64,000 nt of DNA from positions 8,846-72,845 of the forward strand of contig JBGOSQ010000001.1 in assembly GCA_041476045.1 (NCBI GenBank), written 5' to 3'. Position numbers and translations under genes: made by a program. Under the pieces are notes generated by a model. The model was not told the DNA's origin and did no database searches. It saw only the letters and a list, made by a program, of their open reading frames with translations. This DNA comes from Thermoplasmata archaeon (lineage in GTDB: Archaea; Thermoplasmatota; Thermoplasmata; Lutacidiplasmatales; UBA184). Shown one piece after another: positions 37,401 through 45,546 of this stretch; position 1 is the stretch's first letter; each line of letters opens with the position of its first letter.

Positions 37401-38007
37401 CCCCACGACCGTGGGCACCTGGACGATCTCCGCCGGAGCGATCGACACGCTCGGACAGTCCGCGATGGTGGACCCGATCGGTCTCACCGTCAATCCGGTG
37501 CCGACCGTCCAGGGGTTGGCGACCGTCGGCGGGCCTTCGCAGCCTCTCTCCGTAGACCTCGTGGCCGATCTCGCGGGCGGCACGGCGCCGTTCGAGGTCG
37601 CGTGGGTCTTCGGCGATGGTCTGACGGGATCGGGCCTCTCGGTGAGCCACACGTACGGTGCGGGCGGCACGTACGCCCCGCAGGTCTTCGTCAACGACTC
37701 CCGCGGGTTCTCGGCCTCCTGGTCCGTCGAGGTCACCGTCCAGGCTCCCGCGATCGTCCACACCCCGCTCCCCCACATCGGGACGAGCGGAGGCGGCGGG
37801 GGGGCCTGGTACGACGCCATCGGCGGCGAGTTCGGTCTCGGCGTCGTGTTCGGGCTCCTCGCGCTGGCGATGGTGGGCATTTGGGCTGCGCGGCGACGCC
37901 GTGCGCTCGCCGACGCGACCCGGTTCGTCGAGGATCTTCGATCACCCGCGCCGACGATAGGTTCGTCCCACCGCAGCAACGACCCGGCAGACCGGGGGCA
38001 TCCGTAG
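34459..38007 (+). CDS. large surface protein: Tat-like signal peptide, about 12 Kelch/galactose-oxidase-type repeats, 4 PKD/Ig-like domains, C-terminal TM anchor
   Basis: SRRTLGIAFVLAVVGAML signal. Repeated YD...Y.VLFGG....NDTWTF..G.WTNI..APP.R units. Four roughly 95-aa YHY.W..LP.GC...S..C.P...GT..V...V.D..G repeats. GLGVVFGLLALAMVGIWAARRRR anchor. Confidence 0.75.
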   Translation: MVAFLLNLGASRLSRRTLGIAFVLAVVGAMLIGSMPSGTHLAPSGTPAMPIGSDAAASALAAARTSLSLGKGPTSAVTPSATGGGPGPQLTAGALGTPWNLLYNYSQPSARATPAMAYDPAAHAVIYFGGGWNLGQSGNDTWTFAGGNWTNISATLSVAPGPRDGAVMTYDAADQYIVLFGGFTNSFAGAPNTSWANGSYALADTWSFQWGYWTNITSLSPAAPPARFMGAMTYDYTDGYAVLFGGDALNGTLFNDTWTFSGGVWNDISASVGTAPAGRSFAAMADDPSDGYVVLFGGWDSINWTIFNDTWTFSAGSWTLLPAASAPLQLRGAAMAYDAARTELVLFGGATYGYFGPIVPQAETWTFAAGAWTDISSTIASAPPARFSAGITNISSSGSLLMADGCLAAGCFSYVDISDGWLYNASGPIGRAWIPVGESDQPSQRATPAMAYDAVDHYVLYFGGGWNVGESVGDTWTFANGTWTNITANLTSAPSPRENALMTYDAGDEYVLLFGGYTDNGHGGIGSYTLHDTWKFTAGAWTNITAFSSTAPPPRFMGAMTYDYTDGYALLFGGDQLGYNAMADTWTFSTGNWTDITTSSGPAPPPRNFASLTDDPADGYLLLFGGWDSDTHTVYGDTWTFSHGAWTQVTTPVAPVPLRGAMVAYEAVGGYVLLYGGVTYSSPGWPFGLESETWMFSGGNWTNLTPYITTEPPARFSAGITNISDTGSIVMADGCLGQGCIPFEDLANTWIFNWTSINGTLGLAVHPTPLDPTASFAVTAVGGNWAYHYAYDGLPVGCTSIDSASLTCVPIGAGTYSVGVLVSDTAGRTLALSVNLTVLGEELSIAAVASVPELDLGQPVVLTAAATGGAGAPWTFGYLALPPGCTSQNSASLSCTPAQSGTFHVIVTVTDASGRTATTVVAVLVHPAVVVSALVSASTIDLSESITMSTAASYGSAVYHYVWSNLPAGCSLPSGSTVQCTPTTVGTWTISAGAIDTLGQSAMVDPIGLTVNPVPTVQGLATVGGPSQPLSVDLVADLAGGTAPFEVAWVFGDGLTGSGLSVSHTYGAGGTYAPQVFVNDSRGFSASWSVEVTVQAPAIVHTPLPHIGTSGGGGGAWYDAIGGEFGLGVVFGLLALAMVGIWAARRRRALADATRFVEDLRSPAPTIGSSHRSNDPADRGHP

Positions 38008-38067
38008 GCAGCCGAGTACGATAGAACCCGAGGCGCGATACGGGGTGCGGGGGGGGACGCAGCCTCG

Positions 38068-38736
38068 TTGACCTCGCTGGATTTCTGGCTGGGCCTCGGC
38101 TTGGGCCTGGGGGTGTCGGTCGCCGTCCTCGTCGGATTCCGATGGTACTTCCGTCGGGCGATTCAGCAACGGTCTGCCACCGCCTCCGCGCGCCGCTCCG
38201 TACGGGCCGCGACGTCCGCTCCGGAACCCGCGACACCGATGCCACTGTCGGTCTCGGTCGCGCCGATCCGGCCCAATGGCAGCGCCGCCGGAAACCCCGG
38301 GAACGGTGGAATCTCCGCAACAGAGGCCGAGCTCCTCCCCACGCCGGAGAGGCACCGCCCCTCGCCGAGCCCGAACGTCCTCGACGAAGGACCGGTCCGG
38401 CTCTCCCAGCGGATCCTCCTGCACCTAGCGCGCAACGGCGGGCCTTCCGCCGGCGGAACGGCCAGCGAGGCGGTCACGCAGCGCGGGATCGGTACCGCGC
38501 TCGTCGTCACGCAGGGCGCGCTCTCCAGCGTCCTGAGACGATTGGAGGACGGCGGCGCCATCGCATCGGAGAAGGCCCACGTCCGCGACCGCGAGCGTCG
38601 CGTGAAGATCTACGTCCTCACCCCGCGCGGGCGCGAAGTGGTCGCCGCGCTCCGGCAGAGTGCGGTCGCGCGGCGCGGCGTCTCCGTCGCCGCCCCCGAA
38701 GCGCCGCCGAAGCGACCACCGTCGCCCTCTCGATAG
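38068..38736 (+). CDS. membrane-anchored winged-helix (MarR/PadR-like) transcription regulator
   Basis: N-terminal TM (GLGLGLGVSVAVLVGF), Ala/Pro/Ser linker, C-terminal wHTH (RILLHLARNGG...ALSSVLRRLEDGGAIASEK...KIYVLTPRG). Confidence 0.5.
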   Translation: MTSLDFWLGLGLGLGVSVAVLVGFRWYFRRAIQQRSATASARRSVRAATSAPEPATPMPLSVSVAPIRPNGSAAGNPGNGGISATEAELLPTPERHRPSPSPNVLDEGPVRLSQRILLHLARNGGPSAGGTASEAVTQRGIGTALVVTQGALSSVLRRLEDGGAIASEKAHVRDRERRVKIYVLTPRGREVVAALRQSAVARRGVSVAAPEAPPKRPPSPSR

Positions 38737-39093
38737 CCGCGACGCCGGTCCACGGGCGAGGGAGCGACGGCGTCGCCTCCCGTTCTCCTTGGGAGGCGGA
38801 GGCTAGGTCGTGGATCGGGCAGGGGCGAGGATATCCGCGTTCGTACTCTGCCGTCGCGGAAGGGAACGCGAAAGGCGATGACTTCGTACGTGAATCGGCG
38901 ACCGTCGGCCGCCGGGAAGAAGCGACACCAGAAGCAGCGACAGCGGCGTATCGCGGCACGGCGACGGCAGGTCCCGCTCGGCGGGAACCGCAGCGGGTCG
39001 CGCGCGCATTAGCCACCTCCGACCGGAGTCGTGGGGACCGGCCCGGAGAGAGTGCTCCTGGGACTCGGTCGCCGCCCTCGATGAGCCTCCCCA

Positions 39094-39789
39094 GTGGGAC
39101 TGGAGCCGCCGGACCCGAGCGACATCGACCGGCCGCGCCGATACCTGTGCGCGAGTCGTCGAGCGCGCTCGACCGAGGCGCGGTTCGATCGCCCCGACGG
39201 CTTTACGTATCCGACGGAGGCTGTCTCTCGCACGAGCGCGACGTCCGTCGGGGGACCGGAGACGTTCTACGTCAGTCTCAGCGACAATCTCCGGGATTGG
39301 CTCATCTTCGACCGGCTCCAGACGCTGCTGACGAAGATCGGCTCGGCCGACCACCTCCTCCCCCTGCTCGATCGACCCAAGGAGGGGATCGAGCTCTCCG
39401 ACGAGGCGTTCGCGCAGATTCGCTCTGCCTCGGGGATCATCTGCCTGTATTCCCGCGAGGCGGACACGTCGTACTGGGTGCAGCTCGAGCTCTACGTCGC
39501 GAGCGCCCTCGGCAAGCCCGGCTGCCTCGTGATCTTCCCGGAGGTCCCGTTCCCATCGTGGATGACCGGTTCCGTGTTCCGCGTCGAGCTCGAGGGGTTC
39601 AAGGACAGCGGTCCGGGGCTTCCGCCCGGCACGGACGAGGGGCAGTTCTTCCACCGGAGCGTGTTCGCCGAACATTCGCTCCGGTCGATCGTGGCGTTCG
39701 TCGAGGGGGTCCGCGCCCACCGGCTCCCCGCGCTGCCCGAGATCCCGCGTCCGCGGCCCGAGCTCCTTCGGGAGCGTCGGATCACCTAG
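39094..39789 (+). CDS. TIR-like domain protein
   Basis: FYVSLSD (betaA), GIELSDEAFAQIRSASGIICLYSREADTSYWVQLELYVA matches the TIR pattern V.lS..Y..S.WC..EL including the catalytic-Glu position. Strong GC3 bias supports this strand. Start uncertain. Confidence 0.5.
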   Translation: MGLEPPDPSDIDRPRRYLCASRRARSTEARFDRPDGFTYPTEAVSRTSATSVGGPETFYVSLSDNLRDWLIFDRLQTLLTKIGSADHLLPLLDRPKEGIELSDEAFAQIRSASGIICLYSREADTSYWVQLELYVASALGKPGCLVIFPEVPFPSWMTGSVFRVELEGFKDSGPGLPPGTDEGQFFHRSVFAEHSLRSIVAFVEGVRAHRLPALPEIPRPRPELLRERRIT

Positions 39790-39846
39790 ACGAAGTGGTC
39801 GCCGGCCCCCGGAGGCGGCCCTCGGATGCGAGAGGCCGGTCCACGA

Positions 39847-42800
39847 CTATACGCCGGCCCGGAACTCGGCCGTGAGCCGATCGGAGGCCGACGGATCCAT
39901 CAGCGCCGGGTTCACTGGAAGGATGAGCCGCCCACCGCTCTCCGAGGCGAGCGCATCCAGCTCGTGGAGGAAGTCGATCGTTCGCGCGCTGCCATGGATG
40001 CGGACCAGGTACTCGACGCCCTCGATGTAGGCGGTGCGGCCCGGGCCGCCGCCGAGGAAGGTTCGGAACAGCGCCCGCAGCGTCTCCAGGTCCCCGGGGC
40101 GGACGGATCCTTCCCGTCCCACGTTCGAGAGCCATACGACGCGGACGTTGCGCGACCCCAAGGCCGCGCGCAGCCGCTCCGGGAATTCCCGACTGAGGCA
40201 GAGCCCGGCAACGCCGGCATCGGTGAGCTCGAGGAACGTAGCCCAGGGCCGGTCGGCGGTCGGCTCGGTCCAGACCTCGACGCCCGAGGGCGGGGGCGGC
40301 GGCGCGGCCGGCGCTTCGGGGGCTGGGACCGGGACCGGCGCAGCCGGCTCGGGGGGTGGCGATGGCGCCTCGGGCTCCGGTTCGGGTTCCGGAGGCGACG
40401 GGGGAGTCGGAAGCTCGATTCGGGGCGCGACCGCGAGGATCGGGTCCGGGATCGACGAGGGCAGGAGGGCCGAGGCGACCTCGATGGTGGCCACCGCAGC
40501 CACCGTGGGGAGGGAACGGGGGGGCGGTTCCGATGGGACGCGCTCGAGGATCAGCGGAGGAGCGGGTCGCGTCAGCTCCATGACGGCGACGGGGGGAGGC
40601 GGAGTAGCGGGAGAAATAGGAGGAACGGAGACCTCCGGTGGCTCACGCGGTCGCATCGGGCGGATCCGAGGGGGCGGCGTGCCTCCGAAGCCCTGCACGA
40701 TCGTCGCGGCGAGGACGGGCCCGAATCCCTCGACCTCGGCCAGCTGCTCGTAGGGGGCGTGGGCGACCGCGTCGAACGAGGTGAGCCCGCTCTCCCACGC
40801 CCGCGCGAGTTTCGCGGGCCCGATGAGCGGGCGGCCGAGCGCGTGGTCGAACGATTCCACCGCTTCGCGGATCGCGGCCTCGCGGGCGCGGAGCCCTTCG
40901 TCGAGAAAGTCGATCACGACGTCGTCGCCGATCGGGCGCCCCGTCGCCCGCCGTCGCGGTCGGCGGGGTCGGGGCGGCTTGCGCCGCGAGGAGACACCGA
41001 CGGGGACTCCCGGGATCCAGAGCGACCACCGCTCCCCCCGGCGCGTCCGACCGTGCGTGGTCTCCGCGGAGACGAACGAGGCGGCATCGGCGGCCACGAC
41101 GATCTCGACCCCTTGCAGGAACTGGCTGATGGCGGCCGCGTGGCGCGTCAGTTCCTCGCCGAGCGTGCCCGATGCGGAAAAGACGACGCGGTCGATCGCC
41201 GAGGGGGTCGCGGCGCGATTGAGGCGGCGGCGCAATAGGTGGAGGAGGCGGAAGCCGTCGGGAGTGAGCGCCGGTGGAGCCGCGTCGCCGCGCCCGGGCA
41301 TGTCCGACGGAAGCGTGACGAAGAGGTCCCCGTGCGCCCACGGGATCGGCACGACGCCCGTCGCCAGCGCCTCCGTGATCTCCACCATGCTCGGGGTGAT
41401 CGGGAGCGGATGGCCCTCGAGCACGAGCTCGAGGCTCCGGGCACGGATGCCGTCCTGGATCCGCGTCGGGCTCATTCCCTCGAGCATCCGAAGGATCCGC
41501 GGCGCCTGGAACGGGTAGGCGCGCTGGATCTCCTCGGGTACGGCGTGGATCCGGACCTGCTTGCCCTCCCAGGGCTGAGAGGGGGAAGCGACGTCGACGC
41601 GTTCGACCCCGGCGAGTCGCTGGAGGACGGCCCGGTGCGATCGGAGCTCGCCGGCCACGGTCTCATCGGTGACGGAGAGGACGATCGCGGGGAGGTGCGA
41701 ATCCGGCGCGAGACCGAGCTCGCTCCGGTACTCTCTCAGCGTGTCGACGACCGAGCGCCATCGCGCGTAGGAGAGTTCGAGCGGCGAATCGAGCAGCAGC
41801 TCCTGGCTCGGCGTGAGCGGTCGCTCGAAGATGCTCGTGCCGTCGCCGCGGAAGCCGCGATGGATCGCCTCCATCGTGAACGGGGCGATCGGCGCGTACA
41901 GTTCCGCCCACAACGGCAGGACGTGCCCGAGGACCCGGCACGCGGCCGCCTTGGGCAGGGGGAACCCGGGAAGATCGAGGCGCGAGCGGGAGAACGCGAG
42001 GTAGCCGGCGCGCAGCTCCTCCTCGAAGAACCGCACGAGTCGGTCCTGCGCCACGTCGACCGCGCCAGTCTCGTAGGCCCGGATGACGTCGATCCGCATC
42101 CGTTCGAAGAGCGACAGGAACGCGCGATCCTCTTCCGGGAGCTCGGCGACGTGGCCGCCGATCGAACGCGGGTCCGGTTCGTAGCCGTCGCGAAGGAACC
42201 GGTCGAGGATCTCGCGTGCGACCTGCCAGATCTTGCGGAGCCGCCGTTCCTCCTGATGACGGCGATCGCCGAGACCGGGGTCGTTGGCCCGCGGCGAAGT
42301 GGCGGTACGCAGGAGCGCGGCCCGCAGCGCGTCCGCCGGGGCGTCGAGCGAGGTCGTCTCGCCCTCGGCCTCGAAGGGAAGCGTCGGCATCGGGACGACG
42401 CGGACCTCGCCGGGGGCCGCGCCCGCGGCCGCGAGTGCGACGGCGTGGTGGACGAGCGCCGGAGCCCGACGTCGTTCGGGGACGTAGAGACGTACGGCAT
42501 CCGCGTCCGGGAACGGACGGTCCGTTGCCCAGATCGCGAGCGCCTCCTGCAGCGAGGGAAGGAGGCGGCGCGCCACCGTGCGCCAGTGCGCGCCGCAGGT
42601 GCATCGCTCCGGCGCGTCGGCGATTGGAGAGAGACGTCCGCAATGGACGCATTCCAACAGATGCGGCGCGTCGGCCGCCTCGGTCGTGCGCCACTCGCTC
42701 ACCGGCCACGCGACCGGGTCCTCGGTCTTCGGGAACGACTCTGCGGGGGCGAGGCGTGCCAGCCGGTCCCGGACCGCGGGCGGTGCGGTGCTCGCGTCGA

Positions 42801-43935
42801 GGCACCAGGCACGCGACGGTTGCCAGTAGAGCGCCGTGCCGCAGACGATGCAGTGGGGCACACCGCGGTGGACGCGCAGCTGCGCGAACAGGAGCCCGGA
42901 CTCGGTGAGGTCACGGAGGACGAACGCCTCGGCCACGTCGACGGGCAGGCCGGCGTACTTGTGCTGGAGGTCCCGGACGAGCTGACCCTCGGCATCGACG
43001 ACCGGCCAGCCCGGGATCCCGAGATGGAACGCCGCCGCGGCGTCGCCGGCACCGTGGGCAGGGACGAGGGCCACCGCGCCGGTGCCGGAGTCATCGACCT
43101 CGGTGGACGCGGCGATCTGCCCCGCCGGGACCGGAAGGCTCGCGAGCGTGGGGAACTCGGTCGCGAGCGGATGCTCGTAGCGGAGACCGACGAGCGTCTC
43201 TCCCTTCTGCTCCTCGAGGACCTCGATCTCGCATCCCTCGAGCCACGACTTGAGACGGCCGATGGCCGAGCTCAGGACGAGGAGCACCTCCTCCGTGCCG
43301 CGGCGTCGATAGCGGATCCGGGCGTACGTGAGGTCCGGGTGGACCAAGACCGCGCTCGTCCCCAGGAGCTTCCACGCGCTGTCGATCCAGACGAGAAGGC
43401 TCGTCCTCGGGGACTTGCCGTCCAGGAGGAAGCGCACGAGGTAGGCGTCGCCGTCCTCGGCCGAGTACACGATGCCCTCCGGGGAGCGGGGGGCGCGGCA
43501 CGCCGGGCACGACCGGAGCGGGAGCTCGCGGCTCGCGAGCAGGCCGTCGCGTGCGAGGTGGTCGACCATCTCCTGGATCTGCGGCGGGCTCGCGACCTCC
43601 GCGAGGGGCTCGAGCCGACCGTTGCCGACCCAAACCCCCGAGGCGGCCAACATCGGTCGGAGGACCTCGAGCGCCGGGTGATCGGTCCGACGTGCCAGGA
43701 GGCGGCCGCGGGTGGGATGTCCTTCCAATCCGAGGAAACGGGATTCGGCATCCGCCCGGACGGCGCGCTGGAGGAAGGAGATCGCCGAGTCGTAGGCCGC
43801 GAGCGCGGCCACCATCTGGTGGAGTCGCGGCCCCGTGCCGCGGCCTCCCGATGTCGGTAGCGACCTCGCCTTCCAGAACGCCGCCGATTCGGCCTGTACC
43901 TGGGCCGGTTCGTAACGGGCCGGAAGTGAACGCAT
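39847..43935 (-). CDS. isoleucyl/valyl-tRNA-synthetase-like pseudo-enzyme fused to HhH motif, Pro-rich linker and an unknown C-terminal alpha/beta domain (1362 aa)
   Basis: Class-Ia aaRS architecture retained: zinc knuckle CPACRAP; YLVRF...LLVWIDSAWKLLGTSAVLVHPDLTY where WTTTPWTLP sits; SGTGAVALVPAHG CP1; CIVCGTALYWQPSRAW. Catalytic HIGH, EGSDQHRGWF and KMSKS positions read PRLHQM, PERRRAPALV and GETTS. The C-terminus has GLTSFDAVAHAPYEQLAEVEGFGPVLAATIV (HhH) and PEPEPEAPSPPPEPAAPVPVPAPE. Confidence 0.6.
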   Translation of the reverse strand: MRSLPARYEPAQVQAESAAFWKARSLPTSGGRGTGPRLHQMVAALAAYDSAISFLQRAVRADAESRFLGLEGHPTRGRLLARRTDHPALEVLRPMLAASGVWVGNGRLEPLAEVASPPQIQEMVDHLARDGLLASRELPLRSCPACRAPRSPEGIVYSAEDGDAYLVRFLLDGKSPRTSLLVWIDSAWKLLGTSAVLVHPDLTYARIRYRRRGTEEVLLVLSSAIGRLKSWLEGCEIEVLEEQKGETLVGLRYEHPLATEFPTLASLPVPAGQIAASTEVDDSGTGAVALVPAHGAGDAAAAFHLGIPGWPVVDAEGQLVRDLQHKYAGLPVDVAEAFVLRDLTESGLLFAQLRVHRGVPHCIVCGTALYWQPSRAWCLDASTAPPAVRDRLARLAPAESFPKTEDPVAWPVSEWRTTEAADAPHLLECVHCGRLSPIADAPERCTCGAHWRTVARRLLPSLQEALAIWATDRPFPDADAVRLYVPERRRAPALVHHAVALAAAGAAPGEVRVVPMPTLPFEAEGETTSLDAPADALRAALLRTATSPRANDPGLGDRRHQEERRLRKIWQVAREILDRFLRDGYEPDPRSIGGHVAELPEEDRAFLSLFERMRIDVIRAYETGAVDVAQDRLVRFFEEELRAGYLAFSRSRLDLPGFPLPKAAACRVLGHVLPLWAELYAPIAPFTMEAIHRGFRGDGTSIFERPLTPSQELLLDSPLELSYARWRSVVDTLREYRSELGLAPDSHLPAIVLSVTDETVAGELRSHRAVLQRLAGVERVDVASPSQPWEGKQVRIHAVPEEIQRAYPFQAPRILRMLEGMSPTRIQDGIRARSLELVLEGHPLPITPSMVEITEALATGVVPIPWAHGDLFVTLPSDMPGRGDAAPPALTPDGFRLLHLLRRRLNRAATPSAIDRVVFSASGTLGEELTRHAAAISQFLQGVEIVVAADAASFVSAETTHGRTRRGERWSLWIPGVPVGVSSRRKPPRPRRPRRRATGRPIGDDVVIDFLDEGLRAREAAIREAVESFDHALGRPLIGPAKLARAWESGLTSFDAVAHAPYEQLAEVEGFGPVLAATIVQGFGGTPPPRIRPMRPREPPEVSVPPISPATPPPPVAVMELTRPAPPLILERVPSEPPPRSLPTVAAVATIEVASALLPSSIPDPILAVAPRIELPTPPSPPEPEPEPEAPSPPPEPAAPVPVPAPEAPAAPPPPPSGVEVWTEPTADRPWATFLELTDAGVAGLCLSREFPERLRAALGSRNVRVVWLSNVGREGSVRPGDLETLRALFRTFLGGGPGRTAYIEGVEYLVRIHGSARTIDFLHELDALASESGGRLILPVNPALMDPSASDRLTAEFRAGV

Positions 43936-44067
43936 CGAAGGCGCCGCCCGACCGAACGGGGACGACCGTCGGATTCATCCCCGACGGGATAAATCTTCCC
44001 TGCGCCCCGGCGGCGCCGGCGCCCGAGAGTCCGCCGATCCCCTTCCGGGGCCGCGACCCCGGCCGAC

Positions 44068-44823
44068 CTAGGCCGGTACGCCTCGACGACCGCGGTGGCG
44101 CAGTCGCTCGAGGTCCCACCAGAGACGGTCGATCTCCGCGATCGCCTCGGAGGGCGCGGTCTCGGTCGCGGGGGCGCGTCGGCGTCTCGGCTCGCTCTCG
44201 ACGGCTTCGTACGTTTCGGATGGCGGCATGGACTGTGAACGCTCCCGGTCCCCGTCGGTCTCGAGCCAAACGGGGGCGGCACGGAACGAACGAGGTAGGG
44301 GGGATCCGGGGGCCGGCGGCACCCTTGGCATCCGGACCGGCTGCCGAACGGGGACCGGGGTCGGGACCCGTCCGGGCTCGACGCCCCGCGAAGGTCTCGA
44401 CGGCGCCGCGTTCGAGGGCGCATCGTCCGGGAGCTCGTCGAGTACCAGGGAGAGGAAGGCCCCGACCGCAGCGATCACGCCGAGCGCGGCGAAGAGGATC
44501 CAGATCTCGATCGCACCGGCGGCGATCCGCGTCGGTGAGCTGCGGAGCGCGAGCGCGACGACCGCGCACGCGCCGGTGGCGATCAGGAGCGGCGCTGCGT
44601 CGTCCAGCCGCTCTCCGACGGTCCGCGGACCGGTCGGGACCGGTTCAAGCGGCCCGATCGGGCGTGGCGGGGTCCACTTCCGGGTCTTCGGCGTCGGCGG
44701 TGCCGTACCGGTCGCGATCGAGCGGGAGGTCGGCCGCAGACGTCGGTGGAGCTGCGGTCCCCGGGCCCCCCCGACCGAGGCGGAACTCGTTGAATCGGGC
44801 GGTCGAATCGATCTCACGGGCAT
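44068..44823 (-). CDS. Pro/Thr/Arg-rich membrane protein (2 TM) of unknown function
   Basis: ATG MPVRSIRPP just after the stop of the upstream gene; TM pair LLIATGACAVVALAL / IWILFAALGVIAAVGAFLSLVL; low-complexity flanks. Confidence 0.35.
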   Translation of the reverse strand: MPVRSIRPPDSTSSASVGGARGPQLHRRLRPTSRSIATGTAPPTPKTRKWTPPRPIGPLEPVPTGPRTVGERLDDAAPLLIATGACAVVALALRSSPTRIAAGAIEIWILFAALGVIAAVGAFLSLVLDELPDDAPSNAAPSRPSRGVEPGRVPTPVPVRQPVRMPRVPPAPGSPLPRSFRAAPVWLETDGDRERSQSMPPSETYEAVESEPRRRRAPATETAPSEAIAEIDRLWWDLERLRHRGRRGVPA

Positions 44824-45359
44824 CGCGCCGCCGTGCTGCATGCGGTGAGGGCGACTTCGACGGCGGTGACCGTGGGCGCGGTCGTCGTTCCCAGATCGAC
44901 CAGGAGGTTGAGGTGGATCGTGTGCCCGACCGCCGAGGTCGTCGTCCCCGAGGAGAAGTACCCGAACGCGACGAACCAGCCGGTGGTCGTTTGGACCGCC
45001 AGTTCCACCGCGAATCCGAAGGCCGTGCCCGTAGTACGCGGCGGCTGCGTCAGGGAAAGTTCGAGCCACTCGGCAAAGTGGTTGACGGTGAGGCGCGGCA
45101 TCCCCGCCCCGCGGTAGGAGTCGTTGCAGAGGACGAGAGTGCAGGAGGGGAGTATCCGCGTGGTGCCGGCGACCCCCGAGGCGCCGCCGGCCTGGGTCCC
45201 GGCTCGCGGATCGCCCGAGATCGCGCCGGTGACCTTGAGCAACCCGTGGGCGACGTTCACGACGGCAGGGAGGGTGTTGCCTCCGGTGCGGACGAGCACC
45301 TTGGAGGCGATGAACGGCGTCACGCTCGTCGCGGCGAGGACGGGAGCGGGCAGGAGCAA
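44814..45359 (-). CDS. small secreted protein, paralog of 45547..46176 (conserved C-terminal VDLGTxTAP...C....CP)
   Basis: Hydrophobic N-terminal signal-like segment; C-terminal 90 aa align with the neighbouring gene. TTG start reported, but the frame continues upstream as a longer h-region without a canonical start. Confidence 0.4.
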   Translation of the reverse strand: MLLPAPVLAATSVTPFIASKVLVRTGGNTLPAVVNVAHGLLKVTGAISGDPRAGTQAGGASGVAGTTRILPSCTLVLCNDSYRGAGMPRLTVNHFAEWLELSLTQPPRTTGTAFGFAVELAVQTTTGWFVAFGYFSSGTTTSAVGHTIHLNLLVDLGTTTAPTVTAVEVALTACSTAARCP

Positions 45360-45546
45360 CGCCGCGGAGAGCAGGCAGAGGATTGGAAGACCCCGCAGGG
45401 GCCGGGGCCGATGGGAGGCGTGGCGCGGCGCTTGGCGCCCGGAGGAAAGAGGTCGGGAGAAGTCCGACTCACCCCGGAAGGGGGGAAGTGGTTTCGGAGG
45501 GGCGCGAGCCCCTCCGTCGGGTGGGGGCGTCGTGGGCGCCCTGTCC

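Noticed and set aside
36322-37776. 484-aa minus-strand ORF inside the Kelch/PKD gene
   Set aside because: Antisense of a gene with a highly regular repeat structure on the plus strand.
38142-39875. 577-aa plus-strand ORF spanning the wHTH and TIR-like genes, and the antisense ORF 38803..39720
   Set aside because: Different frame or strand from ORFs with a coherent domain pattern and GC3 bias. A 45-aa basic peptide at 38878..39015 was also considered too short and unsupported.
39826-43860. Plus-strand ORFs 39826..41238 and 41239..43860
   Set aside because: Antisense to the aaRS-like gene, whose architecture is recognisable along its whole length.
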